Below, one piece after another: positions 19,389 through 29,060 of a stretch of 52,942 nt of DNA; the stretch's first letter is position 1, and every line of letters begins with the position of its first letter. This DNA comes from a virus (taxonomy: Duplodnaviria > Caudoviricetes). The position numbers were made by a program, and so were the translations under genes. The stretch covers positions 1 to 52,942 of IMG/VR virus record IMGVR_UViG_3300036774_000105; one strand, 5' to 3'. A model generated the notes under the pieces. That model was not told the DNA's origin and did not search any database. It saw nothing but the letters and a program-made list of their open reading frames with translations.

Positions 19389-19695
19389 CTTTTTTATCCG
19401 AATGAGGAATCCCAAGAGATGCACGACGTAGAAAATTGTCGATATTCTCCTGTTCCTTTTTGACGGCTTGCGCGGCGGATATTCCATCGCCGTTTGCCAC
19501 CTTTGTCATGGTTACGATCAGCGCATCTCCCTGCACTTTGTTGGCATTCAGAAGACGAAACATTGCCGCCTTGATAATGTGTATGTCTTTGGGAATCCTG
19601 GCCACCTTGCGCAAGGAAACAATAGTTGCCGTAAGCCCGGAAACTATCAATGTGCCAACCACAGCAGTCAAAATATCTGAGAAGTTAACGATCAT
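19378..19695 (-). CDS. Membrane protein with N-terminal TM helix
   Basis: ILTAVVGTLIVSGLTATIVSL; GGAGG RBS upstream. Confidence 0.55.
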   Translation of the reverse strand: MIVNFSDILTAVVGTLIVSGLTATIVSLRKVARIPKDIHIIKAAMFRLLNANKVQGDALIVTMTKVANGDGISAAQAVKKEQENIDNFLRRASLGIPHSDKKDGD

Positions 19696-19857
19696 TTAAT
19701 CGCCTCCGTCCTGGGGATTGTCTGGTTTGAATATCTCTTGCCGGACTCCGCACCTTGGACATTGAATGGTTTCCTTTTTCCCTTTATCGACCATTTGGCT
19801 TTTTATAATATGGGCTGGCAACAGAGGCCAGTCGTTCCCGCATGCCTTGCAGATCAC
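19696..19857 (-). CDS. Small Zn-ribbon protein (start uncertain)
   Basis: CKAC...CPRC; GTG just after the portal stop. Confidence 0.45.
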   Translation of the reverse strand: MICKACGNDWPLLPAHIIKSQMVDKGKKETIQCPRCGVRQEIFKPDNPQDGGD

Positions 19858-19858
19858 A

Positions 19859-21415
19859 TCAATTGCCCTGTCCAATCTGGCGCATATGCAGCGGGTCCAT
19901 GGCACTTCCATCAGGGGGTGCGCCTCCCGCCTGGCCCGTGGGCAGATCGTACTTGGGGTCTGCAAATGGCTCCTCATTCCTGGCAAGGCGTATCTCATTC
20001 ACCGCGTAGATCCCACTCTTCACCTTGTTTGTGTCCAGGGTCAGCTCCTCTTCATCGCTCAGTCCTGTTTTGTATTCAAGGTGATAGTCGCTTCCAAACC
20101 GCCAGGTCAGTACATCATTATTGAATGCGCTTTCGATCATTTTCACGATGGGGTAGATTCCCTTCTCGCGCTCGATGCGCTCCTGGCTTTCGCTTGTACT
20201 GCGCCCGCTTGTGTCTTCGCTGCCTGTCAGGTTGATTTCGTTATTGCTCATATTGAAGACGAGGGCGACGGTTTTCAGAATCTTCTCCTGTCGCGCGTCC
20301 TGGTATGAAAAGGTTTGTTCCTTTGACAGATCCAGAATGGCAGGCTGACCGTATCCCGAGAGTACACGGATGGCTCCCTTCCTGGGCATGTTTATGATCG
20401 ATTCGATTCTGCTTTGTTCCGCCACATCCATGGGCATCTGGAAATCAGCCGGCGCATTCGTGATGTCTCCAAATGGTGAAGACTCCCCAAACAGGGCCAG
20501 CTTGTCAGGAGGCTGCGTTCCATCCGCTCGCATGGCCGCTGCCTGGTCGAAGAACAGAATCTCCGCCAGCTTGTTCACCAAGCATTCAAGGGGGATCGCA
20601 CCGTATGCCATGTCGCTTGAAGGGATGTAGCTCTTGTAGACGATTTCGTCCGCAAAGTAAACCTTTGCCTCGACCGCGGGGATCATCTGAATGTAGGCCG
20701 TCAGGGGGCTCACGTATCGCGCACGGAAAGGGATCACCGTCCCGCCTGGCAGCACATAGACATTATCGATCACGCTTGATTGCGGGTTTTCGTCTTTGTA
20801 CCAGGCCCAGCTGCCATGCACCATTGCGTCTTTCACGCTTTTCTTGATGAAGTCATCGTAGGTGTCATGAGCGTTGGGATGCTGCAACCAGTCTTCGATC
20901 TGTTCTGCCCGATCGTCAGTTTCCTCGCGCAGGCGCTTTCTCCACCGCAGAAGAGCGGAGGAAAAGTTTCCCATGTCGGGATGCAGGTCGACCAGGTGCT
21001 GCTTTATCATGCGCTGGGCCGCGATGCGAGTGCTGATATGATTCCAATCCAGGGGATTGTCGGCTTCCTTGAAAACCGCGAATGCCATTTTCATTCGGCT
21101 TTCGAGTCTGTCCTCGATCTTGCTTTTCTTCTCGACACTCCACTCCAGGGCGGCGATGCGATTCATTCGAGCGGTGACAATTCCAAAGACAGGGCTGCAC
21201 ATGCGGAACAGGTTGATGCGCTCCTCGAGGGTAAGTCCGAATAGCGGGCGCTCGATCTCTCCTTGGATGATCGTTCCTTTGCGGCCATAGCCTGCTACGT
21301 TCCATGTCTCGCTGGCCGTGTAGAGGTTGATTCCGCGTGCTTTGCGTTCTCTCCCGAGGTATGCGCTTTGCTCTTGTGTGAGCATTGACTCCGATGACAA
21401 TGCGTAGATGGGCAT
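19859..21415 (-). CDS. Portal protein
   Basis: 518 aa near the terminase; YGAIPLE, VALVFNMS..EI and AVNEIRLARNEEP portal motifs. Confidence 0.85.
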   Translation of the reverse strand: MPIYALSSESMLTQEQSAYLGRERKARGINLYTASETWNVAGYGRKGTIIQGEIERPLFGLTLEERINLFRMCSPVFGIVTARMNRIAALEWSVEKKSKIEDRLESRMKMAFAVFKEADNPLDWNHISTRIAAQRMIKQHLVDLHPDMGNFSSALLRWRKRLREETDDRAEQIEDWLQHPNAHDTYDDFIKKSVKDAMVHGSWAWYKDENPQSSVIDNVYVLPGGTVIPFRARYVSPLTAYIQMIPAVEAKVYFADEIVYKSYIPSSDMAYGAIPLECLVNKLAEILFFDQAAAMRADGTQPPDKLALFGESSPFGDITNAPADFQMPMDVAEQSRIESIINMPRKGAIRVLSGYGQPAILDLSKEQTFSYQDARQEKILKTVALVFNMSNNEINLTGSEDTSGRSTSESQERIEREKGIYPIVKMIESAFNNDVLTWRFGSDYHLEYKTGLSDEEELTLDTNKVKSGIYAVNEIRLARNEEPFADPKYDLPTGQAGGAPPDGSAMDPLHMRQIGQGN

Positions 21416-21432
21416 GGCAGCCCTCCCTTTTG

Positions 21433-21708
21433 TTACGTCTTTTGTTCAGCCGCCGGTCCAGCCTCAGGAATTGGGACTCCCGGCATCACAAGATCTATGG
21501 TGTAAACCTTGAGGTGCGCTTCTCCCTTCCCTTCGGAATCCACATGGCCATTGCTCTCGACATGGACAAATCCCTTTGCGGATGCCTTTGTCACCATGTC
21601 AGTGAGCATCTCTTTGACGGGTGCGGGGATGTAGGGCCACGCCGGGCTTGCGGCAGCCTTCTTGAGAATCTCAGGTCCGTCACCCTGGTAGATAATCGAC
21701 CAACTCAT
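21433..21708 (-). CDS. Hypothetical protein
   Basis: 91 aa with AGGAGG RBS. Confidence 0.55.
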   Translation of the reverse strand: MSWSIIYQGDGPEILKKAAASPAWPYIPAPVKEMLTDMVTKASAKGFVHVESNGHVDSEGKGEAHLKVYTIDLVMPGVPIPEAGPAAEQKT

Positions 21709-21726
21709 TGAAACCTCCTATGATCT

Positions 21727-22029
21727 TCATCGCCTCAAGGGCGGTGGAGTCCACGTTGGAAAGTTGCACTCGGGGCAACGTTGGAAAATCCCCCAAGGGG
21801 TGCGCTGGAAGATACGATTCTGCGCTTCCGCATCTTTGTGATCCCACTTATAGCCACAAGAAGGGCATTCAACCGTTGGCGTCATGTCTTCCTTGAACCG
21901 ATGCTGCTTCCTGTATTCGGAGATGATAAGAAGGGCCTGCTCTCGCGTGACGGGCGTTTTCTTTTTCGGGGGTAGAGGAAGTTTATCAAGTCTGTCCAGG
22001 ACTTGTGCTGCTGGCGTACCTTGGCTCAT
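21727..22029 (-). CDS. Zn-ribbon protein
   Basis: CPSC...CPEC motifs. Confidence 0.55.
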   Translation of the reverse strand: MSQGTPAAQVLDRLDKLPLPPKKKTPVTREQALLIISEYRKQHRFKEDMTPTVECPSCGYKWDHKDAEAQNRIFQRTPWGIFQRCPECNFPTWTPPPLRR

Positions 22030-22031
22030 TG

Positions 22032-23759
22032 CTATCCCCCTGCTGGTACTGTAGCGTCTTGCACAGGCGTTGGCAACCGTCTTGTCAGTTTTGCGGCCAT
22101 GTTCCTGGCGAGAATCAGATAGGTGAGAGCATGCAGGAAATGGTCAGGGCCCGTCTCTTCCCATTTCCAGGCGCCCTTCCCTCCGTATGCCTCGGGGTCA
22201 TAAACACGCACGCTGTTGCCGACTTGCTCGTATAGGTTGGGAATCGTTGGAGCATTTACGGGCAGCATGATGAATTGACTTTGCACGGCCTCTTTGGCCT
22301 GGTCGATAGCCGCGGTACGCCCCACCGTCAGCACTTTCTGCATCAGGCTATCCTTCTTACTCACATCGCCCTGGGCATAGAAGCATGCAAAGAACCCACG
22401 GAACCGTGAGCAGATTACTTTTGTCAGTCGCGTCTCGGGCATGGCATCCATGACACCGACGTTGACGCGGTAGCGTTGGAGAAGCGCCATAAGATCGGAT
22501 ATCTCCCGTATCTCATCGGTGATGCAGAGGCTTTTCAGTCGCACTTGATGAATGCTGTTCACCAGGCGGGCGATCCAGACATTGAACCGCGTGCCCACAT
22601 CGATGCCCGCCAGCGTGAGTCCTGGCTCCGTGTTGCTCGCTGGCATCGTGTAGTCTTCCATGCATGCGTTCAGCATCTCAGCGTCGATCATGGCTCCCTT
22701 TGGCATGTATTCCAGGCCAAGGTCTCCGTTGATGTGGGCCTTCTTTTTCTCCTCGTCTTTTGTTCCGTCATCCAGACGCTGCAGCAGTTCATTCGTTGTG
22801 ACGTAGCCCGTGAACAACTTCGAGAAGTGCATTCCCCAGTGCCCCGCCTTTGCTGCCTCGGTGTTCTCGGGAACCCACTCTCCGATGCCCTTTCGGTTGA
22901 CTGGGGCTCCACATTTATCGCAGATGCACCTGGCTTCATGTCCACCGTTCGGCTCCCAGTCAGGATCGAGTACTCGGTAGTTTCCCTCTCCCTCATCCCG
23001 TACCAGGTGCTTGAACTCATCCAGGATGATTGGGTGGCCTCGGTCGCATCGAAGGGTCCAGAAATGCTTCGAGCTTTTTGCGAAGCTGTTTGTGATTCCT
23101 TTCTTTGGAATGCTGGGGTTCCCCAGGCGAATGTCCCAGCGGTACTTGGAATGAGCCATACGCTCGACCACCTTGTTCAGGTTGTCCTGGTCACATTCGT
23201 CTTCCTCGTCGATGATACCGACGTCTGCCACAAATTCCTTGAATCCTGCCACGCTGTTGCTGCCGACGTAGGCCACCGTCCCTTTCCCGAATTGCTTCAG
23301 GCTTACGCTTTGCGCGCGGCTGCGCCCCGCCTGGTCTGCCTTCACTTGCTCATGCCGCATGTACGCAGAGTACAGGGGAGTGTAGTCCACCGTTCGATCC
23401 ACGCGTTCTCGGACAAACCGACTCACCAGGTCATAGGTGGGCATGACATGAAAGGTGCGCAATCCTTTGATCGCCAGGGTGATCTCCAACCAGATCGCCC
23501 ATTCGGAAACACCCGCCTGCGTTCCCTTCTTGGCGACAAAGCTCGATACAATCCCCTTGGCCATCATGTCAGGAATCTGGTAGAGCAGAACCAGGTAAGG
23601 GTGCGCCTCAAAGTCCAGGACCTCGTTCTTATGCGTACGATGGATAAAATGGCTTATCCAGTCATCATCACTGATCCCGCCCGCGACGTGGAAATCATTC
23701 CAGCTTTTCTGTTCCAGCAATAGCTGGTCGATGTCAGTTGTTTTTGTGAGGACCGCCAT
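22032..23759 (-). CDS. terL: Terminase large subunit (lambda GpA-like)
   Basis: KGTQAGVSE Walker A variant, IIDEED Walker B, GNPS, Zn motif, AGIDVG nuclease, PDHFLHA. Confidence 0.85.
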   Translation of the reverse strand: MAVLTKTTDIDQLLLEQKSWNDFHVAGGISDDDWISHFIHRTHKNEVLDFEAHPYLVLLYQIPDMMAKGIVSSFVAKKGTQAGVSEWAIWLEITLAIKGLRTFHVMPTYDLVSRFVRERVDRTVDYTPLYSAYMRHEQVKADQAGRSRAQSVSLKQFGKGTVAYVGSNSVAGFKEFVADVGIIDEEDECDQDNLNKVVERMAHSKYRWDIRLGNPSIPKKGITNSFAKSSKHFWTLRCDRGHPIILDEFKHLVRDEGEGNYRVLDPDWEPNGGHEARCICDKCGAPVNRKGIGEWVPENTEAAKAGHWGMHFSKLFTGYVTTNELLQRLDDGTKDEEKKKAHINGDLGLEYMPKGAMIDAEMLNACMEDYTMPASNTEPGLTLAGIDVGTRFNVWIARLVNSIHQVRLKSLCITDEIREISDLMALLQRYRVNVGVMDAMPETRLTKVICSRFRGFFACFYAQGDVSKKDSLMQKVLTVGRTAAIDQAKEAVQSQFIMLPVNAPTIPNLYEQVGNSVRVYDPEAYGGKGAWKWEETGPDHFLHALTYLILARNMAAKLTRRLPTPVQDATVPAGG

Positions 23760-24240
23760 TTGTTCCCGCTCCCATGAGCAGCAGCATGTTCTTTTTCATT
23801 ACCAACAGCTTCTCAGGATCGCGCTCCTCACTGCGCCCCGTAGCCTGCCCCATGTCAAATGAAATCTTTCGTTTCCAACGTTTCGGCATCCTATTCGAGA
23901 GCCAGAACTCTTGGGCGCGTGTATTCCCCGGGATGTCGCGCTCGACTATGCGAATCGGCGTTGCAGGATCGCCCTCTTTGTCTGGAGGCTTGTAGTGAAT
24001 CTCGCGGACCTTATGACCAAGGGCTCGCTTGATCACGGCGGCTTCCACAAGGCGATTCGGCTCTTTTTTTCCTTCGGTTATGGCTGCTTGAAAAACAGGA
24101 TATTTGTTCTTCCAAACCGTCAAGACAGCCGGACTGATACCAAGGGCAGCTGCGATCTCCTTCTCGATCATGCCTGTTTCGGCCAGGCGCTTGGCCTCTT
24201 CAGGGTGAAAGTCGGCGCGGTAGGGGCTCTTACGGCCCAT
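23734..24240 (-). CDS. terS: Terminase small subunit
   Basis: MGRKSPY start, HTH (EIAAALGIS...W), KRALG and FWLSNRMPKRW; upstream of terL. Confidence 0.8.
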   Translation of the reverse strand: MGRKSPYRADFHPEEAKRLAETGMIEKEIAAALGISPAVLTVWKNKYPVFQAAITEGKKEPNRLVEAAVIKRALGHKVREIHYKPPDKEGDPATPIRIVERDIPGNTRAQEFWLSNRMPKRWKRKISFDMGQATGRSEERDPEKLLVMKKNMLLLMGAGTNGGPHKNN

Positions 24241-24349
24241 TGTGAGGCTCCTTGCGCTTGTCTATCTTGCGCTGTAGCCACGTAAACAGGGCCAAGGCCA
24301 GAAGGAAGCCTCCTGTCCACACCAGAACCGCTGCCAGCTGCTCACCCAT
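24230..24349 (-). CDS. Small single-TM protein (39 aa, below ORF-track cutoff)
   Basis: MGEQLAAVLVWTGGFLLALALFTWLQRKIDKRKEPHNGP; overlaps both neighbours. Confidence 0.45.
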   Translation of the reverse strand: MGEQLAAVLVWTGGFLLALALFTWLQRKIDKRKEPHNGP

Positions 24350-25760
24350 GCTTTGCCTTCTTCCCTGTGAGGGTTTCCCACCTGGAAATGATTACATCCG
24401 CATAGGCGGTGTCGATCTCGACCATGTAGCAGGTACGGTGCAACTCCTCACAGGCGATCAGCGTGGATCCGGAACCGCCAAACAGATCCAGCACGTTGTC
24501 TCCCCTCTTGCTGGAGAACTTGATCGCACGTCTGGCAAGCTCTACGGGCTTCTCCGTCAGATGCACCATTTTCCCCGGGGGTACCTTTTCGACCTCCCAC
24601 ACATCTGCCTGGTTATTCGGGCCATAGAAAAGGTGCGCCTTGCCTTCCCGCCACCCGTAGAATGCCGCCTCGGATAGTTTCTTCCCCTGGTACGCCCACT
24701 CCGTGTCATGAAGGTAATCCTTGCGACCAAGCACGGGGTGATGCTTCACCCACACAATGGCCTGGCTGAAATAAAGGCCGACCGCTTTCATCGCCGTAGG
24801 GTAGCGATAGCAATTGCTGTATCCACCCCAGGCATAGAAAGGTGCCCCAGGGTCCATAACCGCGGCTGCATTCCCGAACCAGGCAAGCAGCTTCTTCGCA
24901 TACTCCTCTTCGGACATCCAGTCGTTTTCAAGTATCCGATCGCGTGCCCGCATGGTGCGCGTTTTGTTTTTCATTGTGCTATTCTGCGCCGAATCGGTCA
25001 TGGATTGACTTTTTCCCATGGGTTTCGATCTACGCACTTCATCAAGCCGGGCGTTTTTCGTCAGTGCCTTCCTTTGGACAGGAAAAGTATTCGTCATGCT
25101 CTCAATCGATTGCCGGGTTCTTGGTTCGACCGCCACGTTGTAAGGCGGGTCCGTGTTGAGCAGTTGAATAGTCGCTCCTGCCATTAGGCGCTCTATGACT
25201 TTCGAATCTCCCGCGTCCCCTACAACCAGGCGATGCTTTCCCAACAACCACAGGTCTCCCTTTTTCGCCCTGGGCGTTGGCATGGGCAGAATGTTTGTGT
25301 CACTTTCTCTGTGGTCTATCAATTCGTCCAGATAAACGGATGGCAACATAATCAGGTCCGAAATGCTCCCCAGCTTGATATCGCTCTCTGCTATGAATGC
25401 CTCAAAGCTGCGCTGCGTCATTTTCCCGTATTGCGATAGGACCTGCAGCAGCTTGACCTTTGCCTCTTTCAGTGTCGCCGCCTTGATGATGTCTACAGGA
25501 ATAGGTGGAATCTCCCATCCTTCATCCCGCATTTCGTGTAGAACGCGTATCCGTTGATGGCCATCAATGATGCGGACAGGGCCTTTGCCATTCTGCCCTG
25601 GTTTCTTCCAGATGAAAACAGGGAAGGAAAACTCTTTCTCTATTGCTGCTCGCAACTTGCGTTTATTGTCGGGGCTCATCACCTTCAGGTTGCCTTGAAG
25701 GTTTTCCATTCGATCCAGTTCTATTGTCCCCGCGCCCTTGCAGGCAATCTTCAGCTTCAT
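24342..25760 (-). CDS. ParB-like domain fused to an N6-adenine/N4-cytosine DNA methyltransferase
   Basis: IIDGHQRI (ParB-N), TDPPYN catalytic motif, HLTEKP, VLDLFGGSGSTLIA SAM-binding motif. Confidence 0.85.
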   Translation of the reverse strand: MKLKIACKGAGTIELDRMENLQGNLKVMSPDNKRKLRAAIEKEFSFPVFIWKKPGQNGKGPVRIIDGHQRIRVLHEMRDEGWEIPPIPVDIIKAATLKEAKVKLLQVLSQYGKMTQRSFEAFIAESDIKLGSISDLIMLPSVYLDELIDHRESDTNILPMPTPRAKKGDLWLLGKHRLVVGDAGDSKVIERLMAGATIQLLNTDPPYNVAVEPRTRQSIESMTNTFPVQRKALTKNARLDEVRRSKPMGKSQSMTDSAQNSTMKNKTRTMRARDRILENDWMSEEEYAKKLLAWFGNAAAVMDPGAPFYAWGGYSNCYRYPTAMKAVGLYFSQAIVWVKHHPVLGRKDYLHDTEWAYQGKKLSEAAFYGWREGKAHLFYGPNNQADVWEVEKVPPGKMVHLTEKPVELARRAIKFSSKRGDNVLDLFGGSGSTLIACEELHRTCYMVEIDTAYADVIISRWETLTGKKAKHG

Positions 25761-26005
25761 GTCTTTTCCTCAATCCCGGTAATTCTCACAGCGAAAGTCA
25801 TATAAAGCATTCCATCCGACTCGATCTTTACATCTGTTAGAATCATTTCGTCCGGGTTCATTGCGCTGGCAACAGCGACTTTGAATAATTCCGCCATTTC
25901 TTTTCTGGCTTCCTGCGTTGGCCCGCCATGTTTGAAAAGTATGCCTTGCATTTGCGATTGAATCGTCAGCTGCTTTTCGTCATTGGTCATCTTACTATTT
26001 CCCAA
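25757..26005 (-). CDS. Hypothetical protein
   Basis: 82 aa, coupled to neighbours. Confidence 0.5.
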   Translation of the reverse strand: MGNSKMTNDEKQLTIQSQMQGILFKHGGPTQEARKEMAELFKVAVASAMNPDEMILTDVKIESDGMLYMTFAVRITGIEEKT

Positions 26006-26528
26006 TTACAAACCGTCGCCCGATCTGCGCTGCATCCACTTCATCTTCGGTTCGGCATTCCATTCCCAGTTTCGCATTCCAATAGGCGACGTATGCTTTA
26101 TCTTTTTTCATTTCGCGTTCAGCGACCGTCAACATTGTCTTCCATGTGCAGGGGGCCATCAGAAGGGTTTCCATTCCAAGGCGCCATGCATTCGCCATGA
26201 CCATCCCACGAACTTCTCCCAACCGAGCGATCACAACAGCTTGGTGGCGCTTCATCTTGAAGATACCACTTTCTATGATGACTTGGATTTTCTCGGGTTC
26301 GTACGCTTTCTTTATTGTCAGAAGGACTTGATATGTATACGCGCAGAGCAAACGCAAACGAGTATAATAATCTGGTTCTGAATCACGAACTGCCCATGTC
26401 TGTTTTACTCTCCCGTCCGGTTCTATAAGGGCAATCCCCAAAGACCAGGATCCGGGATCGACTCCAATTGTTACTGGAATAATAGGGAGTACCAATTCGG
26501 TATCCTTTCCCCTGGTAAGAACTTCCAC
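25995..26528 (-). CDS. RuvC-like Holliday junction resolvase
   Basis: IGVDPG, VIIE, P.TWK and DEVDAA RuvC-fold motifs. Confidence 0.75.
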   Translation of the reverse strand: MEVLTRGKDTELVLPIIPVTIGVDPGSWSLGIALIEPDGRVKQTWAVRDSEPDYYTRLRLLCAYTYQVLLTIKKAYEPEKIQVIIESGIFKMKRHQAVVIARLGEVRGMVMANAWRLGMETLLMAPCTWKTMLTVAEREMKKDKAYVAYWNAKLGMECRTEDEVDAAQIGRRFVIGK

Positions 26529-26534
26529 ATAGTT

Positions 26535-26564
26535 ATTTTACATCTTGCTGATATACTCCGTCAA
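26535..26564 (-). promoter_or_regulatory. Sigma70-type promoter TTGACG-18-TAAAAT
   Basis: Read directly from the sequence; predicted start coincides with the ruvC GTG (possibly leaderless). Confidence 0.5.
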
Positions 26565-26602
26565 TTCCTTCTAAGCCTCCCTCAAGTCCTTCTCTGTGTA
26601 GG

Positions 26603-26800
26603 TCATGGCTTTTGCTCTGCGAGATATTTCTTCGCGCCCTTTTTTGTTCTTCGCACAAGATCGAACCACCCGAGAGGTATTGCCGGAGCATAGCGGTCAT
26701 GTCGTTCCTGCATTTTCAAACAGACTCGACATGAACGAAAGTTCAAACCTTGTCCAGAAAGATAATAGTGCCAGCAGTGACCAAACAGTTTACAGATCAT
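26603..26800 (-). CDS. Small Cys/His phage protein (DUF1660-like)
   Basis: ICKLFGHCW...CRVC pattern. Confidence 0.5.
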   Translation of the reverse strand: MICKLFGHCWHYYLSGQGLNFRSCRVCLKMQERHDRYAPAIPLGWFDLVRRTKKGAKKYLAEQKP

Positions 26801-27264
26801 CTCTTCTCTCCTTCGCTCGGCTCGTAGCCTTCCTGGACATCGACTGACAACTTCGGGTGTTCGCTCGTGGGATGGCGGGTGAGGGCTTTCATCTGATCAA
26901 TCGCTTTGTTGCGGTCGATGATGTCTCCATCCTCATCGGCACTTAGGAAATCCCTGACTGCTTCTCTCAGCGCGTCCCCGGCCGGTGCGCGGAGGGCGGA
27001 ATCTATTCGATTTGCGACTCTTCGCGCAAGACCAGTCGCTTGATTTCCGTTTTCGTAACTTCTGAGCGCGTGCCTTGCCGATTCGAGAAGCTCTCGCATC
27101 CCGCCCTGCGCCCCCTCGGCCTCGGCTTCCCCTTTGTGCGCGGCAAGGATAGAGCGGACCTTTTTAGAAAAGGCCATTACCATTCGCTTTTCATCGGGTT
27201 TTGCAAATCTTCCCTCCGCCATATCTTCATAAAGGCTTGCCAACTCCTCAAATTCGTGGATCAT
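26797..27264 (-). CDS. Hypothetical mosaic protein
   Basis: Start MIHEFEEL with GAGGAGG RBS; contains AEAEG and GDALREAV linkers. Confidence 0.55.
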   Translation of the reverse strand: MIHEFEELASLYEDMAEGRFAKPDEKRMVMAFSKKVRSILAAHKGEAEAEGAQGGMRELLESARHALRSYENGNQATGLARRVANRIDSALRAPAGDALREAVRDFLSADEDGDIIDRNKAIDQMKALTRHPTSEHPKLSVDVQEGYEPSEGEKR

Positions 27265-27501
27265 CGCTTCCTCCTCAAATATTCCGCTACGATACGCGCA
27301 CATTCTTTGCACGCAACCCACCTAACTCCCGGCTCGCCCGCAGTTCCCTGCGGGTGAACCGTTCAATAGCCGCTTCGCACAGAGTCAATGCCGAAACAAG
27401 CGATCCTGTATCCGAATCATCCTCTGGCTCTGCAAGCCTACGTGTGATGATTTTATAGATTGCTTGGAAAGCCTGCACCGCTTCTCTCAGCGCGTCCCCG
27501 G
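26960..27501. repeat. 22-bp exact direct repeat gcttctctcagcgcgtccccgg (26960-26981, 27480-27501)
   Basis: Read directly; encodes GDALREA in two adjacent genes. Confidence 0.85.
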
Positions 27502-27628
27502 GGGGTGAGTGAAGGGCAGATCGCTCGTAGAACCCCTGTTGGTATGCTTGACGCTCCGTTGCTGTTGTAGGTGTACCATCAGGCCACGAGTCAAAGGCTT
27601 CTGGACTATCTTTCTTTTCTTGGCTCAT
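27287..27628 (-). CDS. Hypothetical mosaic protein
   Basis: 113 aa with GDALREAV linker. Confidence 0.55.
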   Translation of the reverse strand: MSQEKKDSPEAFDSWPDGTPTTATERQAYQQGFYERSALHSPPGDALREAVQAFQAIYKIITRRLAEPEDDSDTGSLVSALTLCEAAIERFTRRELRASRELGGLRAKNVRVS

Positions 27629-28125
27629 ATCGTCTCCTTTGCGGGCGGCTCGGCCTTGGCCGGCACAATGTCGGGGTAGTGACCGGTGTTCTGCGTGGGC
27701 TCCTCGGTATCCAGATCATGCACCATCGCCTCGACCGATGCAGCGGGTACCACGTTGACCCCGGCCTCCGTCTCGGCAGCAGTCCGGATAGTCACGGCGT
27801 TCGGGGTGGCCTCGGTCCAACCCCCGGCCTTGGCCTCGGCCTTGCGCTTCCATTCGTCTCGCTCTTTTTCTATATCGCGCATCGGGTGCTTGACGCAGCT
27901 ATAAATATGTTCCGTGACAAGCGTCGCCGCTTCATCGTCCAGAGGAAAACGTGCCCCGCAGTAAGCACAGTATGTAGCATTCCCCTCGGCCTCGGCAATG
28001 ATGGCGTCGAGCAAATCGATCACCTCTTGACGTGATACGGTAGGACCGGGCGCGGCCATTGTCGAATCCGAGTGACCCATCAGGATTTCTCGTCTCAGTG
28101 CTTCCAGCTTCTCAAGTGTGTTCAC
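27625..28125 (-). CDS. Hypothetical protein with C2HC Zn motif
   Basis: YCAYCG...EHIYSCVKHP. Confidence 0.55.
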   Translation of the reverse strand: MNTLEKLEALRREILMGHSDSTMAAPGPTVSRQEVIDLLDAIIAEAEGNATYCAYCGARFPLDDEAATLVTEHIYSCVKHPMRDIEKERDEWKRKAEAKAGGWTEATPNAVTIRTAAETEAGVNVVPAASVEAMVHDLDTEEPTQNTGHYPDIVPAKAEPPAKETI

Positions 28126-28438
28126 CGGGAGCCTCCTCCATCGCCAAGATGCCCAGCACTTGCTGACTCTCTATTGCACAATGTTCGCAAAGGCAGAATG
28201 TCGATGACGATATCTGTTTTGCCATATCCTCATCGGGGCTCAGTGCTTGTGCGATCCCCACATGGCCGACCATCATTTCAAGGCCGGCCTGCCTGCGCAG
28301 CGCGCCATCATCAATCATGAAACGCTCGGCGGTAACTTTCCAGAAAAAAGGCAGAGTATGATTGTCTTTGAAACTCGCGCCAAGTTTCTTACCACACCCT
28401 TTGCATACAGCCAACTCCCTCAATTCTTTTTCTTTCAC
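28112..28438 (-). CDS. Hypothetical Zn-finger protein
   Basis: CKGC...CEHC; GTG start overlapping the upstream stop. Confidence 0.5.
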   Translation of the reverse strand: MKEKELRELAVCKGCGKKLGASFKDNHTLPFFWKVTAERFMIDDGALRRQAGLEMMVGHVGIAQALSPDEDMAKQISSSTFCLCEHCAIESQQVLGILAMEEAPGEHT

Positions 28439-28590
28439 CTCTTCCCTCCTTTGCTCGAACGGACAAGACGGATGATCTTGGCGGCCTCTGGTCTCGATAA
28501 TTCCAGTGCTTTTGATGTTGTTATCTCGGCATAGCCAAATTTCCAATCCGCAAGTTCTGTTGTCACTATCTTGAGCAGGCTTGGTTTCAT
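28435..28590 (-). CDS. Small hypothetical protein
   Basis: MKPSLLKIV..., GAGG RBS. Confidence 0.4.
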   Translation of the reverse strand: MKPSLLKIVTTELADWKFGYAEITTSKALELSRPEAAKIIRLVRSSKGGKR

Positions 28591-28600
28591 GGCTTCCTCT

Positions 28601-29053
28601 TTATTCCAGCGGATACAATCCGCCACCATCCCAATTTGATTCATTTACACTGGCCAGAAACGCCGCCCGTTCCTTTGGATAATCGAAGCAGTGAATCGCG
28701 GGGACGGGGATTCCTTTCTGCCGAAGCGCCGCCATAATGCAGGCTGGACAATTACCAGTCAACTCACGCAGTTTCGGCATAATATCCTCGACTGCTTTTT
28801 CTAATTTTCCATCATTCATGGAGACGTATTCCCTTTCATCATCTCCGCTATATTCTTTGAATTGTTCCGGGTCTGGAAGTATTGCAAGGAGACTCTGCAT
28901 GGATGGCTGATCTTCTTCGGTGAGATTGCACATTCCGCAGACGCGATTCGGATTTTTTGTACACCGCTCCTCATGTTTTTTCATATGCCCCGGCGAATAA
29001 CCTTTCTTCCCACAGAAATCGCACCGGTATTGGTTCACCTTTTTTTGCGTCAT
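28601..29053 (-). CDS. Hypothetical Zn-finger protein
   Basis: YRCDFCGK....HE..C..NP..CGMC...CPAC. Confidence 0.6.
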   Translation of the reverse strand: MTQKKVNQYRCDFCGKKGYSPGHMKKHEERCTKNPNRVCGMCNLTEEDQPSMQSLLAILPDPEQFKEYSGDDEREYVSMNDGKLEKAVEDIMPKLRELTGNCPACIMAALRQKGIPVPAIHCFDYPKERAAFLASVNESNWDGGGLYPLE

Positions 29054-29060
29054 AGCCCGC

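Noticed and set aside
24342-25760. Restriction-modification or plasmid partition system
   Set aside because: No cognate endonuclease or ParA; a ParB-MTase fusion just before terS is a common phage arrangement.
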